Assembly (NCBI GenBank): GCA_008632985.1
Contig: QPGO01000025.1
Span: forward strand, 558,001-622,000
Source: Psammoneis japonica
Lineage: Eukaryota
DNA length: 64,000 nucleotides
Direction of reading: 5' to 3'
Below the pieces are notes generated by a model, which was not told where the DNA came from, ran no database searches, and saw only the letters and a program-made list of their open reading frames with translations. The position numbers and the translations under genes are program-made. Shown here one piece after another: positions 11,073-22,500 of this stretch (position 1 is the stretch's first letter; each line of letters begins with the position of its first letter).

Positions 11073-14000
11073 CTAGAATAATTTTTTACTAGCTCTCGCG
11101 TCTCGTTCAGCAAGTCTGGTTCGTTCCTCAACAAAGTCTGGCATCAAATTGTACCTTGTGACCATTCCAACGATCTCTCCTCCCGACTCACCGCCGAGAA
11201 CTACCACATGGCGTAGCCCTAGTGACGTGAACATCTCATATAATTTAGAGAGAGGACACGTTTCTGTACAGCAGTACGTGCCTCGATTCATGGCGGCATG
11301 TATATCAACCAATTCGTTTCTCTGTCGAATATCCAATTTCACAATGAGTCTGCCATTGACGTCCTTCGTGACAAACGTCGACGAGGAAGATCCGTCGTTC
11401 ATTTGAGGAAGGCTTTCTTCAATATGGGTGATGTCCGCTTTGCTGTGCCGGTGAATTGTGTCCACCAGCCACGCATGCTGGTCAAAGTTATCATCTTCTA
11501 GATTCGCTCTCTTTTCTGGGGTCAATTCCAAAAGAATCTCATGATATCGGTCGTCGCTTACGTTGTATGCTTGTTCAAGAAGCGGCGACTCCAGCACAGA
11601 CTCTCCTCCCGCTTCGTCGATTTCATGGGAAGGAGAGCGCAAAGCTGCAGGAACGGACGAATTATCATCATCCAGAAAGACACCACACTCAAGCAGAGCC
11701 ACCAGCTGGTCTCGTCGAACTAAACCCAAAAACTTGCCACTCCTCCCTACAACCGGAAAGCCGTGGTGGGTGTTGTCAATCAAAGCCCGTGCAATTGTCT
11801 CGGCCCGTTCGACTGCTTTCAACGTCACTGGTGGCCCGCTCATAATATCGCTTGCTTTGAGAGTGTCGTAGAACTGTTGACATGGTGCTCTAGATAGGGA
11901 TATCCGCTGATCTCCATTGCAATCTAGAATGAAGGTACGGGGGAAAGAAGATGGAAAAGAATTGAGGTAACAATGCAATGATTGTGAGTCGACATGATGC
12001 AAGTCCAGGCGTACCGTATACAAATCGTCAGTAAACAGGTTTCCCACATAGCGCGCCACCACAACGGTACAAATGACAGGGATTAAAACTTTTGTCTGTC
12101 CCGTTCCTTCCACTAAGATCACACAAAGGCTCACAGTTGATCGTTGAACCCCTGCCAAAGCGCCGCGGCGCCCAACAAGGCAAAAATGGCCGGGGAACCT
12201 CATGCGACAAGTACGCTTGGAAGACACACCGACAAATCCTCCTAAGCAGGACCCGATAAGCACGGTAGGCATAAATATTCCAGAAGGGAGAGACACGCCA
12301 AGTGTGATGGTCATGAGTGGGAAAAACAGCAAGCCAGTCAATAGCAGCGTCCTGGGGTCAAACTGAGTTGGGTCTGTCAATATTTCTTTGATGGAGTTCT
12401 CTGCACAGACAAAGTAAGGCCACAGAAGACGTCAGATGCAGATGCAACGTAAAGCCTCATCTACGTCCACCTATTCTTACCTCTCGAGCCGAAAAAGATA
12501 CTTCCGACCTCATTCACTTGTCCAGGTTCGCAATTGAATCTATGCTGCGGACTCAAGTTGAGAGGACGATCGTCGGTCGGTCACACCGTGACTTCGGCAT
12601 GCCCAGGAAGCAAAAGGTAACCAAAACGTCATTGTAGAAGTGGCAACTGATACAATGACCACCTCCAGAATCTGGTAGGCTACATGAGGCCTCCGTCCAA
12701 GTTTGACACGAATGAAGTGGCGGAATTCGTTCATTGACTTCCAAACGTAACAGAAGAGAGCCCCAAGCAAGCCACCACATGCACCAACCAATACGTAAAG
12801 AGGTATTTCAGCGAAGCGAATCAGAATCGCCCCATCTGGAGTGTCAAGGTTTCCCAATGAGATAACACTGAAGTCGGACAAATTTCCTCGAAACACAGCA
12901 AGACAAAAGGTGGCAATAGCGGTTGCCGTCAACGTCTTGAACAACATGGAATGGTCAAAGAAGCTAGATGCTTCTTCCAATGAGAAAAGTAGGCCGCCTA
13001 TGGGCGCTCCAAACGCTGAAGCAAAGCCAGCAGCTGCCCCAATGGAAATCATGTCCCTTCTTTCCCCATCGGTGCAGAAATGACTCAGGTCCAACAGCAT
13101 CTTTGAGAGCCACCTGTAGCGGGAACTTTTCTCTTCTCCCAACCAAGACTGGATGTTTGGTCCAAGCTTTGTAAGAGTACCTCCAATCATGGCACCAACA
13201 TGGATCAAGGGCCCTTCTGGTCCTACGGCCAGTCCAGAAGACACTGACAAGATTGTGGCTACAATCTTTGCAGGAAACAGTCTTTTCATTGTGAATCGCT
13301 TCACCCTAACTCCGTTCAGATATGCTTTGACTCCGGGTATACCAGATCCAATCGCTTCTGGAGCCCGTACTAAGCATAGAACTGATGATATCAAGGCCAG
13401 CACTAAGTTGTACAATAGGTAGCCGCCAAACAAGGACCCTGTAGGTATGCGATACGCAAAGCGATCCAACAAATTCGAACGGTAGCCAATGATAGTTTCG
13501 GTGGCAACGACGATTAGTATTGCCGTCAATCCAGTCAATAGGCCTGTAACACAGACTATCATCCACCTGGAAGCTGTTCTGCCAATGTAACTAGCTTTCG
13601 GTTTCGCCGGATGAAATTCTGAAGAACGATGCCGAGGAAAGGATCCATACGATGTGGCTTCTTCTTGCTTTGCATCATAATCGCTTCCCAAAAGACTGTA
13701 ATCCCCAGCACTGGGACGACCACTTTTGCGACGGCTCTTGAGGCGGTTTCTGGTCGCTTGAATGGAATACGTGTTGATGATGCGTTCAAAATCGAGACTA
13801 CCAAACTTTGATGTTGGTGCTGGAGGATGACGACTCTGCGACTTTTCTTCTCGCATTGGCGGCTCCTTGAGTGTTGAACTTGCAACATCATCCACTGAAT
13901 TTTCCAGCTTGCTAAAGCTGACCTGCTTATCTTCTTCCCCGAGTTTCGTGGTTATCTTTGAAACAGTCAACAGAACACGACATAAAGATAGCACATCACA

Positions 14001-14167
14001 TCATTGCGGACATCAAACATCGTCGGAAGTTGAAAGCCGACTGCGAGCACGATGCACGCGCGCGCGTATGAAAAGTATGTAAAGCGCGAAGCGTATGCGC
14101 GCACGTGCGTCGTCCGTGTCGGAGGGAGAAACCGGATCGGCGGGGCGGCTTTTTTTGTTGTCGACAT
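11073..14167 (-). CDS. CLC chloride channel/antiporter (CLC-6/7/CLC-d-like) with CBS domains; introns ~13956-14104, ~12403-12480 and ~11926-12014; several apparent frameshifts
   Basis: GSGIP, GPEGP (gating Glu), GAAAGFASAFGAPIGGLLFSLEE, PSGIFMP, HHGFPVV and FTSLGLRHVVV motifs. The putative first exon MSTTKKAAPP... splices in frame to ITTKLG. Confidence 0.88.
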
Positions 14168-14283
14168 CACGCAAGGGTCTAGGCAAACGATTTGCACTGG
14201 AGACTACTTTGCACTGAAAATAGTGTTGTACCGGTATTGAGAGTACCGGTAACTAAACTTCGTGAGTTGCTCGGCCGCAGACG

Positions 14284-15467
14284 ATGTGGAAGATTCTTTT
14301 GTTGCTGTGCCTTTCTCTGTTTCAATCAGATGCGTTCGTTGCTCCGGCCCGACCTGAAGCGCGCTCGCACTCGGTTACCCGAGGTGCACCAGCGTTTTCG
14401 GCCGTCGGTTCGACAATTGAAAAGGTTGGAAACACAGTGAAACGTGTAAAGGATTCCGTTCTCTCAAAGGAAAGGAGCAGGGATGATCTCAAAATAGGAA
14501 TTGCTGGTTTTTATGACCGCTCCAGTAAGCTGTGGGAAGATGTTTGGGGAGAGGTACGTGTTTCCGAGAGAGCAAGGATGATTCGCCGAGCATTTTCACA
14601 AGCAAACTCGTAGCTTATAACGTTCCTTCGTTGTTTCAGCATATGCACCATGGATATTATGTTCCAGAAGACAGAACCGATCACGTGCAAGCACAAATCG
14701 ATTTGATTGACGAGGTTCTAAAGTGGGCTGGAGCAGAATCATCATCGGTGAAGAACGTAGTTGACGTTGGATGCGGAATTGGCGGGAGCTCGAGACATAT
14801 TGCCAAAAAGTTTGGATGCAAAGCTCAAGGTATCACTTTGTCGCCCTACCAAGCAAACCGAGGAAATGAGCTGGCGTTGGAACAGGGACTGGAGGACCAG
14901 GCGTCCTTTCAGGTTGCGGACGCGCTGGATATGCCGTTTGAGGATAATAGCTTTGATTTGGTTTGGTCCTTGGAATCTGGAGAGCACATGCCGGATAAGA
15001 CTCAATTCGTCAATGAGCTCTTTCGTGTAGCAACACCGGGTGGTCGCATCATTATCGTCACATGGTGTCATCGTGATTTGAAGGAGGGTGAAACGTCTCT
15101 CGCGAAGAAAGAGGAACGACTCCTTGCGAAAATCAACCGTGCGTATTATCTTCCAAAGTGGTGCAGTGTGGATGACTATGTTAAACTGTTGGAAGCCAAG
15201 GGTGCCACAGATGTTCGTCGAGAGGATTGGTCCTATATCATCGCTCCTTTCTGGAAAGCTGTCATCAAAAGTAGTCTCAACTTGAAGAGTTTATGGGGTT
15301 TGATGAAAAGTGGCTTTTCTACCCAGAGAGGAGCATACGCAATGTTTCTCATGCTCAGGGGATTCAATCGTGGCCTCATTAAGTTTGGTCTGATTACCTG
15401 CACAAAGCCACGAGCTAAGGCAGAGGATGACTCTGAGAATAATGAAAACGAGGAAGATTTAAATTGA
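14284..15467 (+). CDS. VTE4: Gamma-tocopherol methyltransferase, plastid-targeted; intron 14554-14639
   Basis: GIAGFYDRSSKLWEDVWGE|HMHHGYY, SAM motif VDVGCGIGGSSR, SLESGEHMPDK, WCHR, AYYLP; signal peptide followed by SDA-F (ASAFAP-type). Confidence 0.93.
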
Positions 15468-15512
15468 AAATTGACGTTGTCTGCGGAGATAATGCTAAGC
15501 AATTGTAAAAAA

Positions 15513-16709
15513 TCATATGTCAGCTCCTGCAAAGTATTGATATCGTCGCATGTCCTCTTCGAGAGTTGGTTTCGGAATCACATCCGAATCGAGACCGCGC
15601 CCATTCAGCTCTGGCCTAAAGCAGACTTTGCTGACCGATGCGGTAGCCCCTGATCAAACAGAATCAGCTCTCCCTGATTCAGCTCTACCCAGTCTTCATC
15701 GATTGTTAGTGGTTTCGTAGCAATGACCGCTACGCGATCGTCGTCAGAAGTAACCTCCGAAAAGTCAACCGAGTAGTCAACATCACTGAGATTCGCCTGT
15801 CCGAACGGCGGCTCTCGAATTACATAATAAAGCCCATTCCAGACTGAAGATCCTGGACGAGAACCCGGCCAACTATAGACAAACAAGGTATGTGGTCCAC
15901 ACGTCAAAAGAAAGTTTAGAATGGTTCCATCCGGATCGTAGTCGACAATCTCGCGACATAATCTTGCAGAGTGTCATGGAGAACGGGGAGGGATGGGAGA
16001 CTGTCGAATTTCGCCGTAGCGCATTGAGGAGCGAACAAAAGATTGCTTCCGAATCTGTGTCTCCAACTGGGTGATAAACAGGCTCAGTTTTCACGGTCCC
16101 AAGCATTTTGAGTGCATGACCCTTTTTGAACAAGGAGACGTCTCCGTTGTGTGAAAATGCCCATTGAATGCCCCACATCTCTCGTTGGAAAGGATGCACA
16201 TTGGCCAACGAGACCTGTCCTTGCGTAGCGTATCGAATATGTGCCATCATATTTAGCGTTCGGATGGGGTATTCTGTGAGAAAAGACGCTATTGGCGACT
16301 CGCTCGCAGCAGCAGTGTCGTGAAAGGCACGCAATCCACGACCCTCATAAAAGCACAAACCCCATCCATCAGAATGAATATCAGTTCCTCCACCCCGTTG
16401 TGCAAATCCTATGAAAGAAAACCTAAAGTCAGTCGGTTTGGCAGCGTTCATGGCGAGTAGCTGACAAAGAAGTCTGGTATCAAATCGATGAGCTTGTGGC
16501 TGGCGTATTGAAACCCTTCTCAAAATATTCGCATCAAATAGATGAGCTTGAGACTGCAGTGTTGAAGAAAAGCCTCGTGTGGTATCAAATCGTTCAGTTC
16601 GTGACTGCAGCATTGAGAAACCCCGCACAAAACCAATGCGTCCGATCAAGAGCAAGAAAATGGAACATCTGCGGAATCTAGTCGACAATTGATCGTGACT
16701 ATACATCAT
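15513..16709 (-). CDS. Class II glutamine amidotransferase / Ntn-hydrolase, YafJ/DUG3-like, with N-terminal targeting extension; apparent frameshifts in the 3' half
   Basis: CQLLAMN..PTDFRFSF.GF..RGGGTD.HSDGWG, AHIRYATQG, NVHPF.RE.WG..W.F.HNGD, PVGDTDSE, VAVIATKPLT..E.W; C-terminal frame ends ...FAGADI at TGA 15513. Confidence 0.85.
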
Positions 16710-16905
16710 TGAGACAAAATGAACGGCAATCTAAGGATTTTGGTAAGCATCAGTGGAACGGAAGGGCTGCCGCTCTCAGGTTAGTTGACCGTTCAGAAAA
16801 ATAAATAAAAGTAGCATTCATAGGCACTGTAGAAGGCAGAAGTGAGAATTCTTTTGTTCACTGCTTCCAGCTTCCTGCTTCAAGTTCAAGCGCCAAGCGC
16901 AAGGA

Positions 16906-17133
16906 CACAACCTCGTTTGATGAGAATTTTTCTTAAATTTTCTCATGAAACGTTCACAACCTCCGTTTGAATGAGCATTTTTCCAAAATTTTTTATGAAA
17001 CGCTCACAACCTCCGTTTGATGAGAATTTTTCCCAACTTTTCTCATGAAACGCTCACAACCTCCGCACCGTTTGATGAGAATTTTTCTGAAATTTTCTCA
17101 TGAAACGCTCACAACTCACAACCTCCGTTTGAT
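16906..17133. repeat. Tandem array of ~4.5 x 50-bp units, each an imperfect hairpin
   Basis: Unit CACAACCTCCGTTTGATGAGAATTTTTCYYAAATTTTCTCATGAAACGCT starting near 16906, 16955, 17005 and 17055; CGTTTGATGAGAA pairs with TTCTCATGAAACG (1 mismatch). Confidence 0.9.
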
Positions 17134-18689
17134 TGCCATGATGCCTACGAACGGTGCACGGTGCCCCCTGCCTCCAACAACTGCATCCTCTTCTGTGCTC
17201 CGTCTTGCCCCTGCCTCAAAGAAGACACTTGGTGAGCAAACAGTTTCATCGCAATGCGCTGCGGTGCTGTTCGCCGGGAGAAAAGCAGCTCGCTTCGCTT
17301 GGCAGAAAGCAGAAATGCTGCAGGATCACCTGCCAGTGCCACCAACAATCAAGGATGAGCCAAAGGAGCAGTCCGAGGAGGAATTTTTTTTTCTTCAAAT
17401 CAAGCAGCAAAGCCGAATCTTTTTGGGGAGGTTTGGATGAATGGCGGAGTTTTGGATGGCGACTCAACGTTGTTGCTGATTGCCGCCGTGCTGCCATCCA
17501 TCTGTCTAACCAACATGCACTGGGACGAGATGGTGGCCACTTCATCAGCCCCAGTCGTGCCCACAGACGTCAGTTAGTTGCTCACACAGGTTTGTGGCTG
17601 GTTGGGCTCAGGCCAATACTTCACAAAGACGCATGGCAGGAGTCACGTTGAGGGCCAAGCAACCTCTGGTTTGGAGGCATCTGTCTTGTCACCAGGGTAG
17701 AAGAAGCCATGCCAGGACCAGAGATCACACCACCCAAGATTGTCATCATGGTCGTTGATTGTTCCTGCAATGTGTTTGACCATTGTGCTGCCCATCGCCT
17801 GTTTAAGAGAAACGTGCCCCTTGGAGTAACTTGAATCCAAGGATGGAACAACAAGGTGGCAAAAACAACAGCCAATCCAACCCGTGACTTGGCAAATGGA
17901 GAATTCATGAATCAACTGTTGTGCTTGGGGGTGCGTCTTTTGTGGCCTGTCGTGAGATGCAAAACTGCAAAAATCCAACAAGAGCAGTCCAAAGACACCT
18001 GCACATGACAGCGCTGCTTCACCCTCCACAACTGCAAAAAGGCTGCTTTGCAGTGATTGTTTTGTGGCACCAACAAATGCCATGACAGACTGCTCAAGTT
18101 GAATCAATTGTTCATGGATGATCCCCTGGTGGTTCTGTGTCAGCTCATGCCTGGAAACACGGATTGCCATCAGTCGCAGAAACATGGTCAGTTTGCCGAT
18201 GTCTTGTGGGTCAGCCTTTTAAAGAACCTTTCCCAAATTGAGGTGGAAGCCGTTGTCATCTTGCCTTCAAAGTCAAAATCTAGATTTCCATCAGGAAGCC
18301 TTTCTTTGGTCTCTTGCGAATGTGTTGTGGAGGATGTGGAAGGCTCCAGTTTCAAGTTGAGTCCACACCCTTGCTTGGTGTGAACAATTGCTTGGTGGGA
18401 GGGAAAGGATGACAGATGCACCTGCTGCACCAGAAACACTTTGGTTGACAGAGGAGGAAACATGCAGTCAATTTGCTGTGACCTGTGCCTGTCAGCTGCT
18501 GTGCTTGCTTTGCGCTCAAATGCCAACAGCCCTGCACTGTCAAGTTGAGGTGTCTGTGGCTTTCTCTCTAAACACACATTTTGCCATGAACTGTGTCTCT
18601 GCCCATTGGCTGTTGTCTTTTCTCTTGTTTTCTTGTCTCTCCACCAGCTGTTGAGGGGCAGTCTCTGCTGAGTTTTTTTGCACTGCCTG

Positions 18690-19550
18690 TCTCAGTTTCC
18701 CCTTCCTTCAATGCCCGTTTTGGTCTTGATGTGTTCCAGACCATCATTGCAGCTCCCACTGTGGTTCGTTTCGGGGGTCTGCATGTGCATGCCCTTGCAA
18801 AGCTTCACCAGTTCCTGGAGGGCAGTTGCATCTTGTGAAATCATGTCAAAGGGCATTTTGTGGGCCAGGGTGCCCGACTCGAGCTCCGTTTCACCCCTGA
18901 GGAGTTGGCACTGAATCGCGCCGGCAGCATGCATGTGCTTGCGGCACCACACAACTTGATTTTGGGGCTTCCATTTCCATTCAAGATGGACTCTGGGCAA
19001 TGTGCCATTTTGTCCCAATGCACAGTGTTTGCTCTTCATCCAAGTCTGCTTGCGAGCCAAACCAAAGTCACCAACTTTCAGCATAAGACCATCAGCACCC
19101 ATGAAAATGTTGTCGGGCTTCAGATCATGGTGAACAATCTTCTGGCTTGTCCAAGCCTTTAACGCAGATAGAATTTGCTTGGATGAGGACAATCCAATGC
19201 CTTGTCTTCTTCAGATTGGACTTGCTGATTTTGATTTGGTTTGTCAATGTGGAGCCAGAGCACAGCTCCATGACAGTGCCCATCATGAGCTTGCTGTTGC
19301 TGTTGCTCTTCTTGGCATTGGACGCCTTTGCTTCTGGCTGATTGACAATGAACCAACCAAAACTCGAACGACATTCTTATGATTGAGTTGACTCTGGCAG
19401 TGAACCAGCCAACAAAAGCATTTTGCAAATCGGGCTGGTCACACAGCTCCAGCTTGAGTGCCGCACGACACCCCTTTGCTTCGCCACTGAAGACAACTCC
19501 CCAGGCACCATTTCCCAGGATGTCGACCAAACCAAATTGTTCATGTTCCA
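18690..19550 (-). pseudogene. Degenerate Ser/Thr protein kinase
   Basis: ILGNGAWGVVFSG...AALKLE (subdomains I-II) and IVHHDLKPDNIF...LKVGDFGLA (VIb-VII) lie in different frames; HRD reads HHD. Confidence 0.8.
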
Positions 19551-22500
19551 CAGAAGACCGATTCAGCCTGCTCCAGAGGTGTTTTGGGCTCCTTCAAAGG
19601 CTGCTGCAGGGCTTTGGCCAGCCCTGCAAAACAAGAGTCTTGTTGTTCTGCTGATGGATTCTGGAGAATTCAAGCCACTTTTGAAGTTTGGAATTGTTCG
19701 TGAAAGCATTCAGACTGAAAACAGGATCAATGGCGGCATTGCAGCTTGCCTCTTTCCAATTGTCTCCATTGCAGAGACCTGCCAATGCATTGGAGATGAA
19801 CGGAAATGCGGAGATTTGCAGCAAGCCAAAAGGAGGTGGGACACTGGCTGGGACACTGGCTTGAAGCCGATCGTGTGTGCCCACACGTGGAACAAGCTCA
19901 TCCAGAGCACTGGCAACCTCAACTCGGCTCTTCAATGAAATGTAGTTGTCGCTTGAATGCAGAGTTTGCAAAGGGTCCCAACGGCTTCCTCTGTGCAGCC
20001 ACAAGGAGGAGACAGGAATGCGGGGCCACTGCTCATTCCCTCGACACCAATGTTGTCAACCCTGGTTGGTTTCGAGAGGTTGGAACCAAAATGAAAGCTC
20101 ACGGTCTCCACCTGAAGGATTGCACTCACATGCCAAATTGGAACTTTGGGTTTGCCTCTGCAACTGCTTCACAGTCTTGAAGCATTTCTTGAGCTTGTCT
20201 TCCATCTTCCGAAAGCACAGCATCAAACAGTCCGAGGAAGGAGTCACCACCCAGGAGCAGTTGGAGCACTTGGCACTTGATCATCTTCTTTTTTTCAAAT
20301 GGATCTGTTTCAACAACATTGAGCTCCAACTCATCTGCCAACCGCTGACAGTGTTTGACTCCATCACTGTAGAGAAAGACCCCCTTGAGCAGGTGCATCG
20401 TGAAATGATGGAGAAGTTCTTTTGGTGGGCTTCATCATCACAGTCTAAGATCAACTTGCGGATTGCAGAGATGAAGTCTGCAACCAACATGCAAAGATAT
20501 TGATTGCGCAACCTTCCATGTGAGGACACTGTGCTTGAGAAGACCTGTGTAAGAAGTTCAAAGATCTTCTATCATTGTCACCAAGGGCTCCCTTGTTGCA
20601 GTTTTCTTCCAGGCAAAGCTTCTTTTGGAGAAGACACATCCCATGGAGTTTGCAAATGCAGTGTTTCCACATGCCACCCAAAGCTGCCCCAACAGACTTG
20701 TTGGCATTGGGAATCCTTTGAGTTGCTAAACAAGTGACATCAGTGACTTCCTGCGTGACTCCCCATGAGGCAAGTTGTCCTCACAGATGATCGGGGTGCA
20801 GGACTTTTCATCTTTGGCAGTGGAAGATTTCTCGAGTTTCACGCTGGCCTCTTGTTCATGATTCTTTGAGAATGGACCAAGGTTTTGATCTTGGAACACA
20901 TTGGTTGCTTTCAGTGTGCTTCTGCACTTTGGGCTTTGGCATTTTAGCTGGTGTTTTGGGATTTGAGCCATCTTGTGGTCACTCAACAAAACAAGCAATG
21001 TGGTCCTGAACAAAGTTCCAAAGTTGTGTGTGTCTTTGCTCTGCTGCCTGCTGTCTTTTTGTTTTGAGTTTTTGTCTTGAGATCACGCACAGGGAAACTG
21101 TGAATCTTTTCATGAATGATTCCAAACTCCACTGTGCTGTCGAGCAAGTGAGCGCACGATTCTTCCTTCCAGGTTAAAAAAGCACACAGTCTGTGACAAA
21201 AAAGGCACTTGCACATGGACTGGACGAAAGAATGTCATCTCAGAAATTGGCAAGAGAAAGCACAGTCAACAGGGCCCTGCCACCTCCCAAAAAATGAGCA
21301 GCTTGTGAGTTGCCCCACATTTGCTCACTCATTCAGCGCTGTTTCAAACACGAAAGTGAGAGAACCCCCAATGCCACAACAGGCTTGTAGTCAAGAGAAG
21401 GAAAAATGCACCCAGTGACCAACTTGAAACTGCCAGCCGTGAGCAGCCTCCTGGGCTTCAGCAAGCTGTTCCTCCTCTTTGTTGGTTGGCAGATGCTTCA
21501 ACAGTTCATCACACAATGCCTTGTTCTCATCAGCAGCAGCCCCCTCTCCACACAGCAGCACCCAATGCATCTGCAGCAGCCAAGACTGTTGCATCAGAAG
21601 ACACATCTGATGCAGCCAAGGCACACCCCAAAAGCAAGAGTGTCCAAGTCACCCATGTGTGATGCCAGTGACATGCTGGGCCAAATCAAAAAAGGAGCCA
21701 GCAGTGTCACAATGGCGCATTGGCTCCTGGGAGCTCATTGATCCAGGAAACCATTGAAAATCTGCCGGATCATTGCGCTGGTCCAAAGCAAACAATGGTC
21801 CACCTTTGCAACCAACAAGAGCTGTTGGCAGCATGAAGATGCCCCACGCCACTCTTCCATGCCACACCCAAAGGGAAATCAGCATCGGATCAAACACACA
21901 ACAACCCTGATCCTGGGATGCTCATCAACAGTCTCCCATGAAACCAAGCCATCAAGCCTTTTGGGACCAACGTCACAACAGATGCTCAGAAAAGGTCAAG
22001 TGAAATCAATGTTGGAGGATGATTCTTGATGGCATCAGAAACAGTCACAACGCTGATGCTTTTGGGAACAAAGAATGGCAGCATGCATGAGAACATCATC
22101 CCGTTCACACAAAAGCATGTCACATCATGTCCATGTCCATGCTGTGCAGATGTGTGGTGTGCAGAATGAAACACCAACAATGCAGCACTGCATTGATCAA
22201 AAAAACACCATTGAATCTCTCTCAACAAGGACATGGGTTGCTCCTGCACTTCACTGTTGATCACCTGGGTGGTCACAACTTCTTCTTTTGCTGCTTCCTC
22301 TTCAGATCTTCACTTTCTGCCACCTGTCCCAAGCACCCAAGCCTCCCTCCTGGTGACTTCTTCTCTGCAACAGCAGAGACTTGGACAACTCTGGCAGAAT
22401 TTCTTGCACTGCTTTCATTCACACCCTCTCGCATCTCCCACCTCTCTCCTTTCATCTGCCAATTGCCTGTCATCACCACACATTTTCCCTTTGGCTGCAA

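Noticed and set aside
16906..17133. CRISPR array
   Set aside because: The palindromic units are contiguous with no unique spacers, there are no cas genes, and the context is eukaryotic.
20100..20700. Possible DNA transposase relic (FKWICFNN...PLT)
   Set aside because: The resemblance is too faint to call without an HMM search.
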